A DNA stretch of 64,000 nucleotides from Octopus sinensis (taxonomy: Eukaryota): positions 1 to 64,000 of the forward strand of contig NW_021833013.1 of assembly GCF_006345805.1 (NCBI RefSeq), in the 5' to 3' direction. The notes beneath the pieces were generated by a model, which was not told the origin of the DNA, searched no databases, and saw only the letters and a program-made list of their open reading frames with translations. Every line of letters begins with the position of its first letter. Position 1 is the first letter of the stretch. The position numbers were made by a program, and so were the translations under genes. Shown one piece after another: positions 39,101-52,708 of this stretch.

Positions 39101-42100
39101 CTCTCTCCTCTCTTCCTCTCTCTCTCTTCTTCTCTCTCTGTCTTCCTCTCTATCTCTCTTCTCTCTCTCTTCCTCTCTATCTCTCTCTCTTCCTCTCTAT
39201 CTCTCTTCTTCTCTCTCTCTTCCTCTCTCTCTCTCTTCCTTTCTCTCTCTTCCTCTCACCCTCTTCCTTCCTCTCTCTCTTTCTTCCTCTCTCTCTCTTT
39301 CTTCCTCTCTCTCTCTTCATCCTTCTCTCTCTCTGTCTGTCTCTCTCTTTCTTCCTCTCTCTCCCTTCTTCCCTCTTTCTTTCTTTCTCTCTCTCTCTCT
39401 CTCCATCTCTCTCTCTCTTCCTCTTCTCTCTCTCTCTCCTCAGTTTACTCTGACCCTCCAGGGACTCCCTTTTACCCTACTTTCACCCTTCATTCGCATC
39501 ACATGCCCCTTCACCACTTGCTTCTCTTCCTCCTTGTTCCGTTTTGCTCTCATCTTCTTCCTCCTGCTCCTCCTCCTCCACCACCCATGCACCCTGATGA
39601 TGCCACAAGCACGTCCACCTCATTTTCGCCACCAAACTGCACATTCTCTGCACACTTACTGCACTATTATCAAGCCGCATTACCTCCATTATTTACGGTG
39701 TCTGCATGTGTGAGTAAACATGTCTGTGTGCAAGCGCATGTGCTTGCTGCATGTCTAAATGCATATGCACGTGATGGCATGCGTATGTGTGCACGTGGTT
39801 GCGTCTGTGCCCATGCTTGTATGTATGCATGTGTGCATGCATATGTGGTTGTGTGCATGTCTGTGAATGTGATTGCGCATGCATAGAATCTGCTTGTGCG
39901 CATGCACACACGTGAGCTTGTTTGTGCACATGTGGTTGTGTGCATACCTGCGCATGTGCATGCTTGCACGTGTGCTTGTGTGTGTGTGTGTGCACATGCT
40001 TCTGTGTATGCATGTGTGCATGTAGTTGTGTGCATGCATGCACTTGTGCTCGTGTGTGCACGTGCATATGTGTGCATGTGGTTGTATGCACATGTGGTTG
40101 TGTTCATGTATGCACGTGCATATGTGTGCATGTGGTTGTATGCACATGTGGTTGTGTTCATGTATGCACATTGTTTGACAACCGATGCTGGTGTGTTTAT
40201 GTCCCCGTAACCTAGCGGTTCGGCAAAAGATACCGATAGAACAAGTACTGGGTTTACAAAAAGAATAAGTCCCCGGGGTCCTTTTGTTCGACTAAAAAGG
40301 CGGTGCTCCAGCATGGCCACAGTCAAATGACTGAAACAAGTAAAAGAGTATACGTATGTGCATCTACGAATGTGTGTATGTGTGTCTGCATACATGGGTG
40401 TATGTATTTGCCTGCATGCATCTATGCGCATGTGCATGGATGTGTAAGTAAGAATGTTTGTAATACTGACATCCAGCATGTGTGTGCGTGTCTGTGTGTG
40501 ATGTGCATACATGTATGTTTAGATGTGTGTATATATCTTTGACGGTGGAGGCGCAATGGCCCAGTGGTTAGGGCAGCGGACTCGCGGTCGTAGGATCGCG
40601 GTTTCGATTCCCAGACCGAGCGTTGTGACTGTTTATTGAGCGAAAACACCTAAAAGCTCCACGAGGCTCCGGCAGGGGATGGTGGTGATCCCTGCTGTAC
40701 TCTTTCACCACAACTTTCTCTCACTCTTACTTCCTGTTTCTGTTGTACCTGTATTTCAAAGGGACCAGCCTTGTCACTCTCTGTGTCACGCTGAATATCC
40801 CCGAGAACTACGTTAAGGGTGCACGTGTCTGTGGAGTGCTCAGCCACTTACACGTTAATTTCACGAGCAGGCCGTTCCGTTGATTCGGATCAACCGGAAC
40901 CCTCGTCGTCGTAACCGACGGAGTGCTTCCATCCATATCTTTGACGGCATGTTCATGAACTGTGTGTGTGTGTGTGTTTGTGTCAGTTTGGTTAGTGCGT
41001 ATGTGGGGCATTTTGCAGACTTAGTCTTTTGTTGTTTGCGTCAGCAGAAATGCCGATGACAATATCACACCAGTGGCTTCTTGTGTGTGTGTGTGGGGGG
41101 GGGGGAAGAAATTCTGGTGAATTACTGGTATTGTACCAAAATTTGTAATCACCATTCTTCTTCTTCTTCTTCTTTTTATTTCTATTATTATTAAAGTGGT
41201 GTGTTGGCAGAATCGTTAGCATGCTGGGCAAAATACACAGTGGTATTTTGTCCGTCCACTACGTTCTAAGTTCAAATTCCACCAAGGTCAACTTTCATTC
41301 TTTCAGGGTCGATAAAATAAGTACCTATTTCTTTATTACCCACAAGGGGCTAAACGCAGAGGGGACAAACAATTACAGACATAGGTATTAAGTCGATTAC
41401 ATCGACCCCAGTACGTAACTGGTACTTAATTTATTGACCCCGAAAGGATGAAAGGCAAAGTCGACCTCGGCAGAATTTGAAACCAGAACGTTACAACAGA
41501 CAAAATACCGCGAAGCATTTTGCCCGGCGTGCTAACGTTTCTGCCAGCTCGCCGCCTTATAAAATAAGTACCAGCTGCGTATTGCGGTTGATGTGATCAA
41601 CCGTCCCCCTCCCCTCAAATTCCAGGCCTTGTGCCTATAGTAGAAAGGATCATCATCATCATTATTATTATTATTATTAAGGTGGTGCAGCTGGCAGAAT
41701 CGTTAGCACGCTGGGTGAGATGCTTAGCAGTATTTCCCCTGTCGCTACATTCTGAGTTCAAATTCCACCGAGGTCAACTTTACCTTTCATTCTTTCAGAT
41801 ATAGGAGTGGCTGTGTGGTAAGTAGCTTGCTTACCAACCACATGGTTCCGGGTTCAGTCCCACTGCCTGGCACCTTGGGCAAGTGTCTTCTACTGTAGCC
41901 TCGGGCCGACCAAAACCTTGTGAGCGGATTTGGTAGACAGAAACTGAAAGAAGCCCGTCGTATATATGTATGTGTGTTTGTCCCCCCAACATCGCTTGAC
42001 AACCGTTGCTGGTGTGTTTATGTCCCCGTAACTTAGCGGTTCAGCAAAAGAGACTGATAGAATAAGTACTGGGCTTACAAAAAGAATAAGTCCCGGGGTC

Positions 42101-42498
42101 GATTTCCTCGACTAAAGGTGGTGCTCCAGCATGGCCACAGTCAAATGACTGAAACAAGTAAGTAAAGAGAGTAAATACCGGTTGAGCACTGGGGTTAATC
42201 TGATCAACTATTGCCCCTATCCACAAAATCCAGTCCTTGTGCATTTAGAAGAAAGAATTATTATTATTATTATTACTTGTTTCAGTCATTTGACTGCGGC
42301 CATGCTGGAGCACCGCCTTTAGTCGAGCAAATCGACCCCGGGACTTATTCTTTGTGAGCCCAGTACTTATTCTATCGGTCTCTTTTGCCGAACCGCTAAG
42401 TGACGGGGACGCAAGCACACCAGCATCGGTTGTCAAGCAACGCTAGGGGGGGACAAACACAGACACTCAAACATATAGACACACACTTATATATATAT

Positions 42499-42542
<44 letters not shown>

Positions 42543-43168
42543 TACATATATACGTGTCTGGCCCCCGTGTCGGTGGCATGTAAAAGCACCATCCGTTCGT
42601 GCCCGTTGCCAGCCTCGCCTGGCCCCCGTGCCAGTGACACGTAAAAGCACCATCCGTTTCGTGGCCGTTTGCCAGCTCTGTCTGGCCCCCGTGTCGGTGG
42701 CATGTAAAAGCACCATCCGTTCGTGTCCGTTGCCAGCCTCGCCTGGCCCCGTGCCGGTGACACGTAAAAGCACCATCCGTTCGTGGCCGTTCGCCAGCTC
42801 CGTCTGGCACCTGTGCGGGTGGCACGTAAAAAACACCCACTACACTCACGGAGTGGTTGGCGTTAGGAAGGGCATCCAGCTGTAGAAACACTGCCAGATC
42901 AGACTGGGCCTGATGAAGCCTTCCAGCTTCACAGACCGCAGTTGAACCGTCCAACCCATGCTAGCATCGAAAACGGACGCTAATGATGATGATGATGATG
43001 ATGATGATACGACAGTCTTCTTTCAGTTTCCGCCTACCAAATCCACTCACAAGGCATTGGTCGGTCCGAGGCTATAGCAGAAGACACTTGCCCAAGGTGC
43101 CACGCAGTGGGACTGAACCCGGAACCATGTGGTTGGTTAGCAAGCTACTTACCACACAGCCACTCCTA

Positions 43169-43199
<31 letters not shown>

Positions 43200-43326
43200 G
43201 TTATTATTATTATTGTTATATTATTATTATTATTATTATTATTTTATTATGTTATTATTATTATTATTATTATTATTATATTATTGTTATTATTATTGTT
43301 ATATATTATTATTATTATTATTATTA

Positions 43327-43367
<41 letters not shown>

Positions 43368-43409
43368 GTTATTATTATTATTATATTATTATTATTATTG
43401 TTATTATTA

Positions 43410-43485
<76 letters not shown>

Positions 43486-43604
43486 GTTATTATTATTGTT
43501 ATTATTATTGTTATTATTATTATTATTATATTGTTATTATTATTATTATTGTTATTATTATTATTATTTTATTATTATTATTGTTCTTATTATTGTTATT
43601 ATTA

Positions 43605-43648
<44 letters not shown>

Positions 43649-43897
43649 GTTATTATTATTGTTATTATTATTATTATTATTATTGTTATTATTATTTTGT
43701 TATTATTATTATTATTGTTATTATTATTGTTATTGTTATTGTTATTATTGTTATAGTTATTATTATTATTATTGTTATTATATTGTTATTATTATTATTA
43801 TTATTATTGTTATTATTATTGTTATTATTATATTATTATTATTGTTATTATTATTATTATTGTTATTATTATTGTTATATTATTATTATTATTATTG

Positions 43898-43967
<70 letters not shown>

Positions 43968-44198
43968 GTTATTATTATTGTTATTATTATTGTTATTATT
44001 ATTATTATATTATTGTTATTATTATTGTTATTTTATTATTATTATTATTGTTATTATTATTGTTATTATTATTATTATTATTATTGTATTATTTTGTATT
44101 ATTATTATTATTATTATTGTTATTATTTGTTATTATTATTATTATTATTGTGTTATTATTATTATTATTATTATTATTATATTATTGTTATTATTATT

Positions 44199-44230
<32 letters not shown>

Positions 44231-44265
44231 GTTATTATTATTATTATTATTATATATTATTATTA

Positions 44266-44303
<38 letters not shown>

Positions 44304-44352
44304 GTTATTATTATTGTTATATATTATTATTATTATATTATTATTGTTATTA

Positions 44353-44386
<34 letters not shown>

Positions 44387-44448
44387 GTTATTATTATTGT
44401 TATTATTATTGTTATTATATATTATTATTATTGTTATTATTATTATTA

Positions 44449-44486
<38 letters not shown>

Positions 44487-44571
44487 GTTATTATTATTGT
44501 TATTATTATTGTTATTATTATTGTTATTATTATTATTGTTATTATTATTGTTATTATTATTATTATTATTA

Positions 44572-44606
<35 letters not shown>

Positions 44607-44768
44607 GTTATTATTATTGTTATTATTATTGTTATTATTATTATTATTATTATTATTGTTATTATTATTATTATTATTGTTATTATTATTGTTATTATTA
44701 TTATTATTATTATTATTGTTATTATTATTATTATTATTATTATTGTTATTATTATTATTATTATTATT

Positions 44769-44800
<32 letters not shown>

Positions 44801-44804
44801 GTTA

Positions 44805-44838
<34 letters not shown>

Positions 44839-45059
44839 GTTATTATTATGTTATTATTATTGTTATTATTATTATTATTATTGTTATTATTATTGTTATT
44901 ATTATATTATTATTATTGTTATTATTATTGTTATTATTATTATTATTATTATTGTTATTATTATTGTTATTATTATTATTATTATTATTGTTATTATTAT
45001 TGTTATTATTATTATTATTATTATTGTTATTATTATTGTTATTATTATTATTATTATTA

Positions 45060-45097
<38 letters not shown>

Positions 45098-45292
45098 GTT
45101 TATTATTGTTATTATTATGGTTATTATTATTATTATTATTGTTATTATTATTGTTATTATTATTATTATTATTGTTATTATTATTGTTATTATTATTATT
45201 ATTATTGTTATTATTATTATTATTGTTTTATTATTATTGTTATTATTATTATTATTATTATTGGTATTATTATTATTATTATTATATTATTA

Positions 45293-45327
<35 letters not shown>

Positions 45328-45548
45328 TATTGTTATTATTATTGTTATTATTATTGTTATTATTATTATTATTATTATTGTTATTATTATTATTATTGTT
45401 ATTATTATTATTATTATATTATTATTATGTTATTATTATTTTTTTTGTTATTATTATTATATTATTATTATTATTATTATTATTGTTATTATTATTGTTA
45501 TTATTATTGTTATTATTATTATTATTATTATTGTTATTATTATTATTA

Positions 45549-45586
<38 letters not shown>

Positions 45587-45686
45587 GTTATTATTATTGT
45601 TATTATTATTGTTATTATTATTATTATTATTATTGTTATTATTATTATTATTGTTATTATTATTGTTATTATTATTATTATTATTA

Positions 45687-45724
<38 letters not shown>

Positions 45725-45894
45725 GTTATTATTATTGTTATTATTATTGTTATTATTATTATTATTATTATTGTTTATTATTATTGTTATTATTATTATT
45801 ATTATTATGTTATTATTATTGTTATTATTATTATTATTATTATTGTATTATTATATTATTGTTATTATTATTGTTATTATTATTATTATTATTA

Positions 45895-45926
<32 letters not shown>

Positions 45927-45933
45927 GTTATTA

Positions 45934-45964
<31 letters not shown>

Positions 45965-46185
45965 GTTATTATTATTGTTATTATTATTGTTATTATTATT
46001 ATTATTATTATGTTTTATTATTGTTATATTATTATTATTATTATTGTTTATTATTATTGTTATTATTATTATTATTATTATTGTTATTATTATTGTTATT
46101 ATTATTATTATTATTGTTATTATTGTTATTATATTATTATATTATGTTATTATTATTGTTATTATTATTATTATTATTATTGTTA

Positions 46186-46216
<31 letters not shown>

Positions 46217-46388
46217 GTTATTATTATTGTTATTATTATTGTTATTATTATTATTATTATTATTGTTATTATTATTGTTATTATTATTATTATTATTATT
46301 GTTATTATTATTGTTATTATTATTATTATTATTATTGTTATTATTATTATTATTGTTATTATTATTGTTATTATTATTATTATTATTA

Positions 46389-46462
<74 letters not shown>

Positions 46463-46524
46463 GTTATTATTATTGTTATTATTATTGTTATTATTATTAT
46501 TATTATTATTGTTTATTATTATTA

Positions 46525-46561
<37 letters not shown>

Positions 46562-46715
46562 GTTATTATTATTGTTATTATTATTGTTATTATTATTATT
46601 ATTATTATTGTTATTATTATTATTATTGTTATTATTATTGTTATTATTATTATTATTATTATTGTTATTATTATTATTATTGTTATTATTATTGTTATTA
46701 TTATTATTATTATTA

Positions 46716-46756
<41 letters not shown>

Positions 46757-46757
46757 G

Positions 46758-46791
<34 letters not shown>

Positions 46792-46795
46792 GTTA

Positions 46796-46866
<71 letters not shown>

Positions 46867-47284
46867 GTTATTATTATTGTTATTATTATTGTTATTATTA
46901 TTATTATTATTATTGTTATTATTATTATTATTATTGAGTAGGTTATGTTGAAAATAAGGCAAAAGTGGGCATTACGTTTATATCACCTGATGTGGATCAT
47001 TCAAATTGATGTTGTCGTTGTTGTTGCTATTATTGATGATGTTCTTTCCTATTGTCACATGTTTTTTTAGCTGTTGTAAAAAATTACATCTTCGCATTTG
47101 CTTGTTTTGTTGTTATATTCCCCCCCCCCTATGTGTGTTTATTCAACAGACTTTTCTTCACCTTCCTTCCTTCCTTTCTTTCTTTCTTTCCTTCACTTTC
47201 CTGCAACCCTAATCTTTTTTCTTTCAGGTGTTATGAAATGCATATGATGTATACATATATATATATAGATACATATATATCATA

Positions 47285-47315
<31 letters not shown>

Positions 47316-47328
47316 CATACACACACAC

Positions 47329-47368
<40 letters not shown>

Positions 47369-47380
47369 ATATATATATAC

Positions 47381-47431
<51 letters not shown>

Positions 47432-47545
47432 CACATACACACACACATATATATACATATATATATATACATACACATACACACACACATATATATACAT
47501 ATATATATATAATATATACACACATACACACACACATATATATAC

Positions 47546-47596
<51 letters not shown>

Positions 47597-47626
47597 CATA
47601 TATATATACATACATACACATTTTTA

Positions 47627-47671
<45 letters not shown>

Positions 47672-48172
47672 TACATACATATATACACACATGCACACAC
47701 ACATTTTTAATGTATGTGTAGGTAATGTGTATATATATATATAGGCATACATATTTAAGAAATATCTGTGTGTATATATGAATGTGTGTGTGTGTATATA
47801 TATATATATATGCATACACACACATATGCATACACACACACATGCTCGTATATATGTCACCGTCATCATATACTCATTCGTTATTAATATACACACATGC
47901 ACACACCGACACACGTGTGTGTCTGTGTGTCACTATTCTCAAATTAAACTGTCTTTTTTTCATGTGTATTTTATTTAATTTCTCTTCCATATTTCTCATG
48001 TTTAAAAGATATTTTCTCTTTGTCTTCTTTTTTTTTGGCTCTCATTTGTCCATCTCAGGTTTTCTCATCGTTTTAAAACTTGTCCATTTTCTCTCTTAAG
48101 TTTCTTGAATTTTGCATTTTACTTCTGTTGGTCTTTGTTTCATCTACTCTTTGTTTTTTACTATATGTATAC

Positions 48173-48203
<31 letters not shown>

Positions 48204-48337
48204 CATATATGTATATATATATATATATACATATATGTATATATGTATATATATATATATATGTATGTATATGTATGTATGTATGTATACATGTATATAT
48301 ATGTATGTATACATGTATATATATGTATGTATACATG

Positions 48338-48368
<31 letters not shown>

Positions 48369-48881
48369 GTATATATGTATATATATGTATGTATGTATAT
48401 ATGTATATATATGTATGTATGTATATATGTTATATATGTATGTATATATATATATGTATTTATATGTATATATATGTATATTTATATGCATATATATGTA
48501 TATATATGTATGTATATATATATATATGTATATATGTATGTATATATATATATGTATATATATATATATGTATATATGTATGTTATATATATATGTATGT
48601 AATTAATATATATATATATATTATATAGAGGGTACTATTATTCATAGGTACCGCCACGCTAGGAGGGACTCTTGCAGTCAAAACTACTAAAATAAGTAGT
48701 TTATTTTAGTAGTTTTGACTGCAAAGGTCCCTCCTAGCGTGTCGGTACCTATGAATAATAGTACCCTCTATATAATATAAATAAATATTTTCAAAGTGGA
48801 AAAATTTACAGATTTTTTTCTCTTACGAGGTTTTTCACGCTAACTACTGATAATTTCTCATAAAGATTTTATCCTTAATTT

Positions 48882-48922
<41 letters not shown>

Positions 48923-51798
48923 ATATATATTGTTGTTCTTAGTTGCCTCAACATTGAATTTTCCTTTTTTTATTCACCCAAACCTTTTGTTTTATTCCCC
49001 CCCCTCGTTCTCCGTCATAAAATTTGCCTTATTTCTTTTGTTTTGTATTATTCCCCCCCCCCCGTTTCTGTTTTTTCCCCCTTTTATTTCTATCCTATTC
49101 TTCTTTTCCAAAGCCCGTATATATTATTAAGTTTGCCGTTATTTTCAGTTCAATCAACAAATGTCTCGGGGTTTTTTTTGGTTATATTTTTGTTTCTTTT
49201 TCTTCCCTTTTCTTCCACCAGCCCCAGCCTCTCCCCTTCTCGTTGTTTTCGGTTTCTTTGAAAAAAAAAGTCCTGGGTCTAAAAGCTGCAGTAACACCCA
49301 CCCTTTGTTGTTAGCCATATTGAGATGGCTATTATACTTTACTTTACAAATAAGGCGGCGAGCTGGCAGAAACGTTAGCAAGCCAGGCGAAATGCTTAGC
49401 GGTATTTTGTCTGCGTTACGTTGTGAGTTCAAATTCCGCCGAGGTCGACTTTGCCTTTCATCCTTTCGGGGTCGATAAATTAAGTACCAGTTACGCACTG
49501 GGGTCGATGTAATCGACTTAATACCTATGTCTGTCCTTGTTTGTCCCCTCTGTGTTTAGCTCCTTGTGGGTAATAAAGAAATAGGTTACTGTTTACATCT
49601 CGTTCAGAGATTTATTATTGCTTGCAGACAGTTTTTTGAAATCAGTGACAAAAGTTACTAGAAAAACACTTAAGTATCTGCATACAGGCTTTCCCTTTCA
49701 TCAGAAACCGGTTATTGCCGTACGTTGACAAGAGGCAACAACCTCGAAACTGCAGTCCGGTGCGTATCACTTAGGCTTACGAGAGAGGGATGACCTCCCT
49801 TTGCAAACGTCATAAGGGCACAGAAAGTGTGTCTAAAGCCAGCTGGAGACGATGATCTCCTGGGGCTAAAAGCTACAGCAACACCCACCCTTCATGGTTA
49901 GCCATATTGAGATGGCTATTATACTTTACATTGTCGAGCGGTTACTGTTTACAAAAGGCGGTGAGGTATTTCGTCTGCCGTTACGTTGTGAGTTCAAATT
50001 CCGCCGAGGTCGACTTTACCTTTCATCCTTTCGGGGTCGATAAATTAAGTACCAGTTACGCACTGGGGTCGATGTAATTGACTTAATACCTATGTCTGTC
50101 CTTGTTTGTCCCTTCTATGTTTAGCCCCTTGTGGGTAATAAATAAATGGGTTACTGTTTACATCTCGTTCAGAGATTTATTATTGCTTCAAAAAAGTTAC
50201 AATGGCTAGAATTCTTTCTTCCATCCCCCCCACAGACTTCCTGCTGCTTTCCCCCTCCAACTTCACCTCCACCACTTCATTTTTATTTTTATTTCCTTTT
50301 TTTTTGCTTTGTTCTTCTTGGGTTTGTTCTCTCCAAAATGTCACACATCACAGTACTCCCATTACAAATCAAGACCTTATTGTCTAATTATAGTTATTAT
50401 TATACCATTCTTTAAAAATATAACAAAAAATATATAAAGTTGCTATTATTTTTAATATTATCAATGATTAAATGGTTGTTTAAAGAAATTAGAAATGCAT
50501 AATTTGTAAAAATTATTATTTTTATTAATTCTTATTATTATCATTTAAAAAATGATTATTATTATTAAGGTGGCGAGCTGGCATAATCGTTAGCTTGCTG
50601 GATGACATGCTTAGCGGTATTTCGCCCCGCGCTACGCTGTGGGTTCAAATTCAGCCGAGGGTACCATCCTTTCGGGGTCGATAAATTAAGTAGCAAAATT
50701 TGAAACAAGCTGACCGAATCGTTAGCTGAGGTCACCCTGGCCTCTCATCCTTTAGGGGTCAATAAATTAAGTACCAGTGAAACAATGGGGCTGGTGTAAT
50801 AGACTTACTGCCTCCCCCAAAACGGCTGCCCTTGTAGCAAAATTTGAAACAAGCTGACCGAATCGTTAGCTGAGGTCAACCTGGCCTCTCATCCTTTAGG
50901 GGTCAATAAAATTAAGTACCAGTGAAACATTGGGGCTGGTGTAATAGACTTACCGCCTCCCCCAAAACGGCTGCCCTTGTAGCAAAATTTGAAACAAGCT
51001 GACCGAATCGTTAGCTGAGGTCAACCTGGCCTCTCATCCTTTAGGGGTCAATAAAATTAAGTACCAGTGAAACACTGGGGCTGGTGTAATCGACTTACCG
51101 CCTCCCCCAAAACGGCTGCCCTTGTAGCAAAATTTGAAACAAGCTGACCGAATCGTTAGCTGAGGTCAACCTGGCCTCTCATCCTTTAGGGGTCAATAAA
51201 ATTAAGTACCAGTGAAACACTGGGACTGGTGTAATCGACTTACCGCCTCCCCCAAAACGGCTGCCCTTGTAGCAAAATTTGAAACAAGCTGACCGAATCG
51301 TTAGCTGAGGTCAACCTGGCCTCTCATCCTTTAGGGGTCAATAAAATAAGTACCAGTTGAGTGCTGGGCTCAATGAAATTGACTGCCTACATTCAGGCTT
51401 TGTGCCTATAGGGGGAAGAATTTTTGTTGTTGTTGTTGTTTGGGTGATAAGCTGGCAAAATCATTAGTATGCTGGGTGGGGTATTTCATCTGTCTTTACA
51501 TTCTGAGTTCAAATTCTGTCAGGGGTTGATAAAATAAGTACCAGGGTCGATGTAATTGACTTACTGCCTCCCCCGGAAATTGCTGGCCTTGTGCCAAATC
51601 AAAATCGATCAACACCAATGGAAATTGTAGCTGTGATACCAGTGCCGGTGGCACATAAGAGAACCGTCCGAACGTGGCCCATTGCCAGCTCCGCCCCAAC
51701 TGCCTCCGTGCCAGCGGCACGTAAAAAGCAGAGGTATTCTTTTCAGTTGTATTTGTTTATTTTATTGACCTTGAAAGGATGAAAGGCAAAAACCCCTA

Positions 51799-51830
<32 letters not shown>

Positions 51831-52675
51831 CAATCCTTTCTGCTAAAGGCGCAAGGCCTGAAATTTTGGGGGGAGGGAGCTAAACGATTAGATGGGACCC
51901 CAGTGTTTCACTGGTACTTAATTCATCGACCCCCAAAAGATGAAAGGCAAAGTCAACCCTGGCAGAATTTGAACCCAGAACCTAGTGATGGATGCAATAC
52001 AGCTAGGCATTTTACCTCGTGTGCCAATGTTTCTGCCAGCTTGCCAATAATAATAATAATAATAATAATCATTGATTGTGCTGTGGGCACAGGACTGGGA
52101 TCTGGTGGATTGCATCAACCCTAGTATGCGGCGGGTACCTGTTTTATCGGCCCTAGGGCAATGAACAGTGGGCTCGACCTTGGTGGAATGTGAAATCTGA
52201 CCTCAGAGCATAAGGCCAAAAATCTGCCACTCAGCATTGCACGTGATGGGCCAACGATTTTGCCTGCCCACCGACTTAATAATAATAATAATAATAATTT
52301 ATTTCTTTATTGCCCACAAGGGGCTAAACATAGAGGGGACAAAGAAGGACAGACAAAGGGATTAAGTCGATTATATCAACCCCAGTGCGTAACTGGTACT
52401 TATTTAATCGACCCCGAAAGGATGAAAGGCAAAGTCGACCTCGGCGGAATTTGAACTCAGAACATAACGGCAGACGAAATACCCATTTCTTTACTACCCA
52501 CAAGGGGCTACACACAGAGGGGACAAACTCAAATGGTACTTAATTTATTGGCCTCAAAAGGATGAAAGGCAAAGCTGCCCATGGCAGAATTTGAACTCAG
52601 AACGTAAAGACAGACGAAATGCAATGAAGCATTTTGCCTGGTGTGCCTAATGGTTCTGCCAGCTTACGACCTTAC

Positions 52676-52708
<33 letters not shown>

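Noticed and set aside
38744-40512. Long Ser/Leu and His/Thr/Cys ORFs
   Set aside because: Translations of (CT)n and TG/CA microsatellites.
40546-40620. tRNA gene (also heads at 33345 and of SINEs A and B)
   Set aside because: A/B boxes run into SINE bodies with TSDs; no complete cloverleaf.
43107-46951. ORFs of 1276, 1247 and 1059 aa
   Set aside because: They are translations of the (ATT)n array, which has no stops in these frames.
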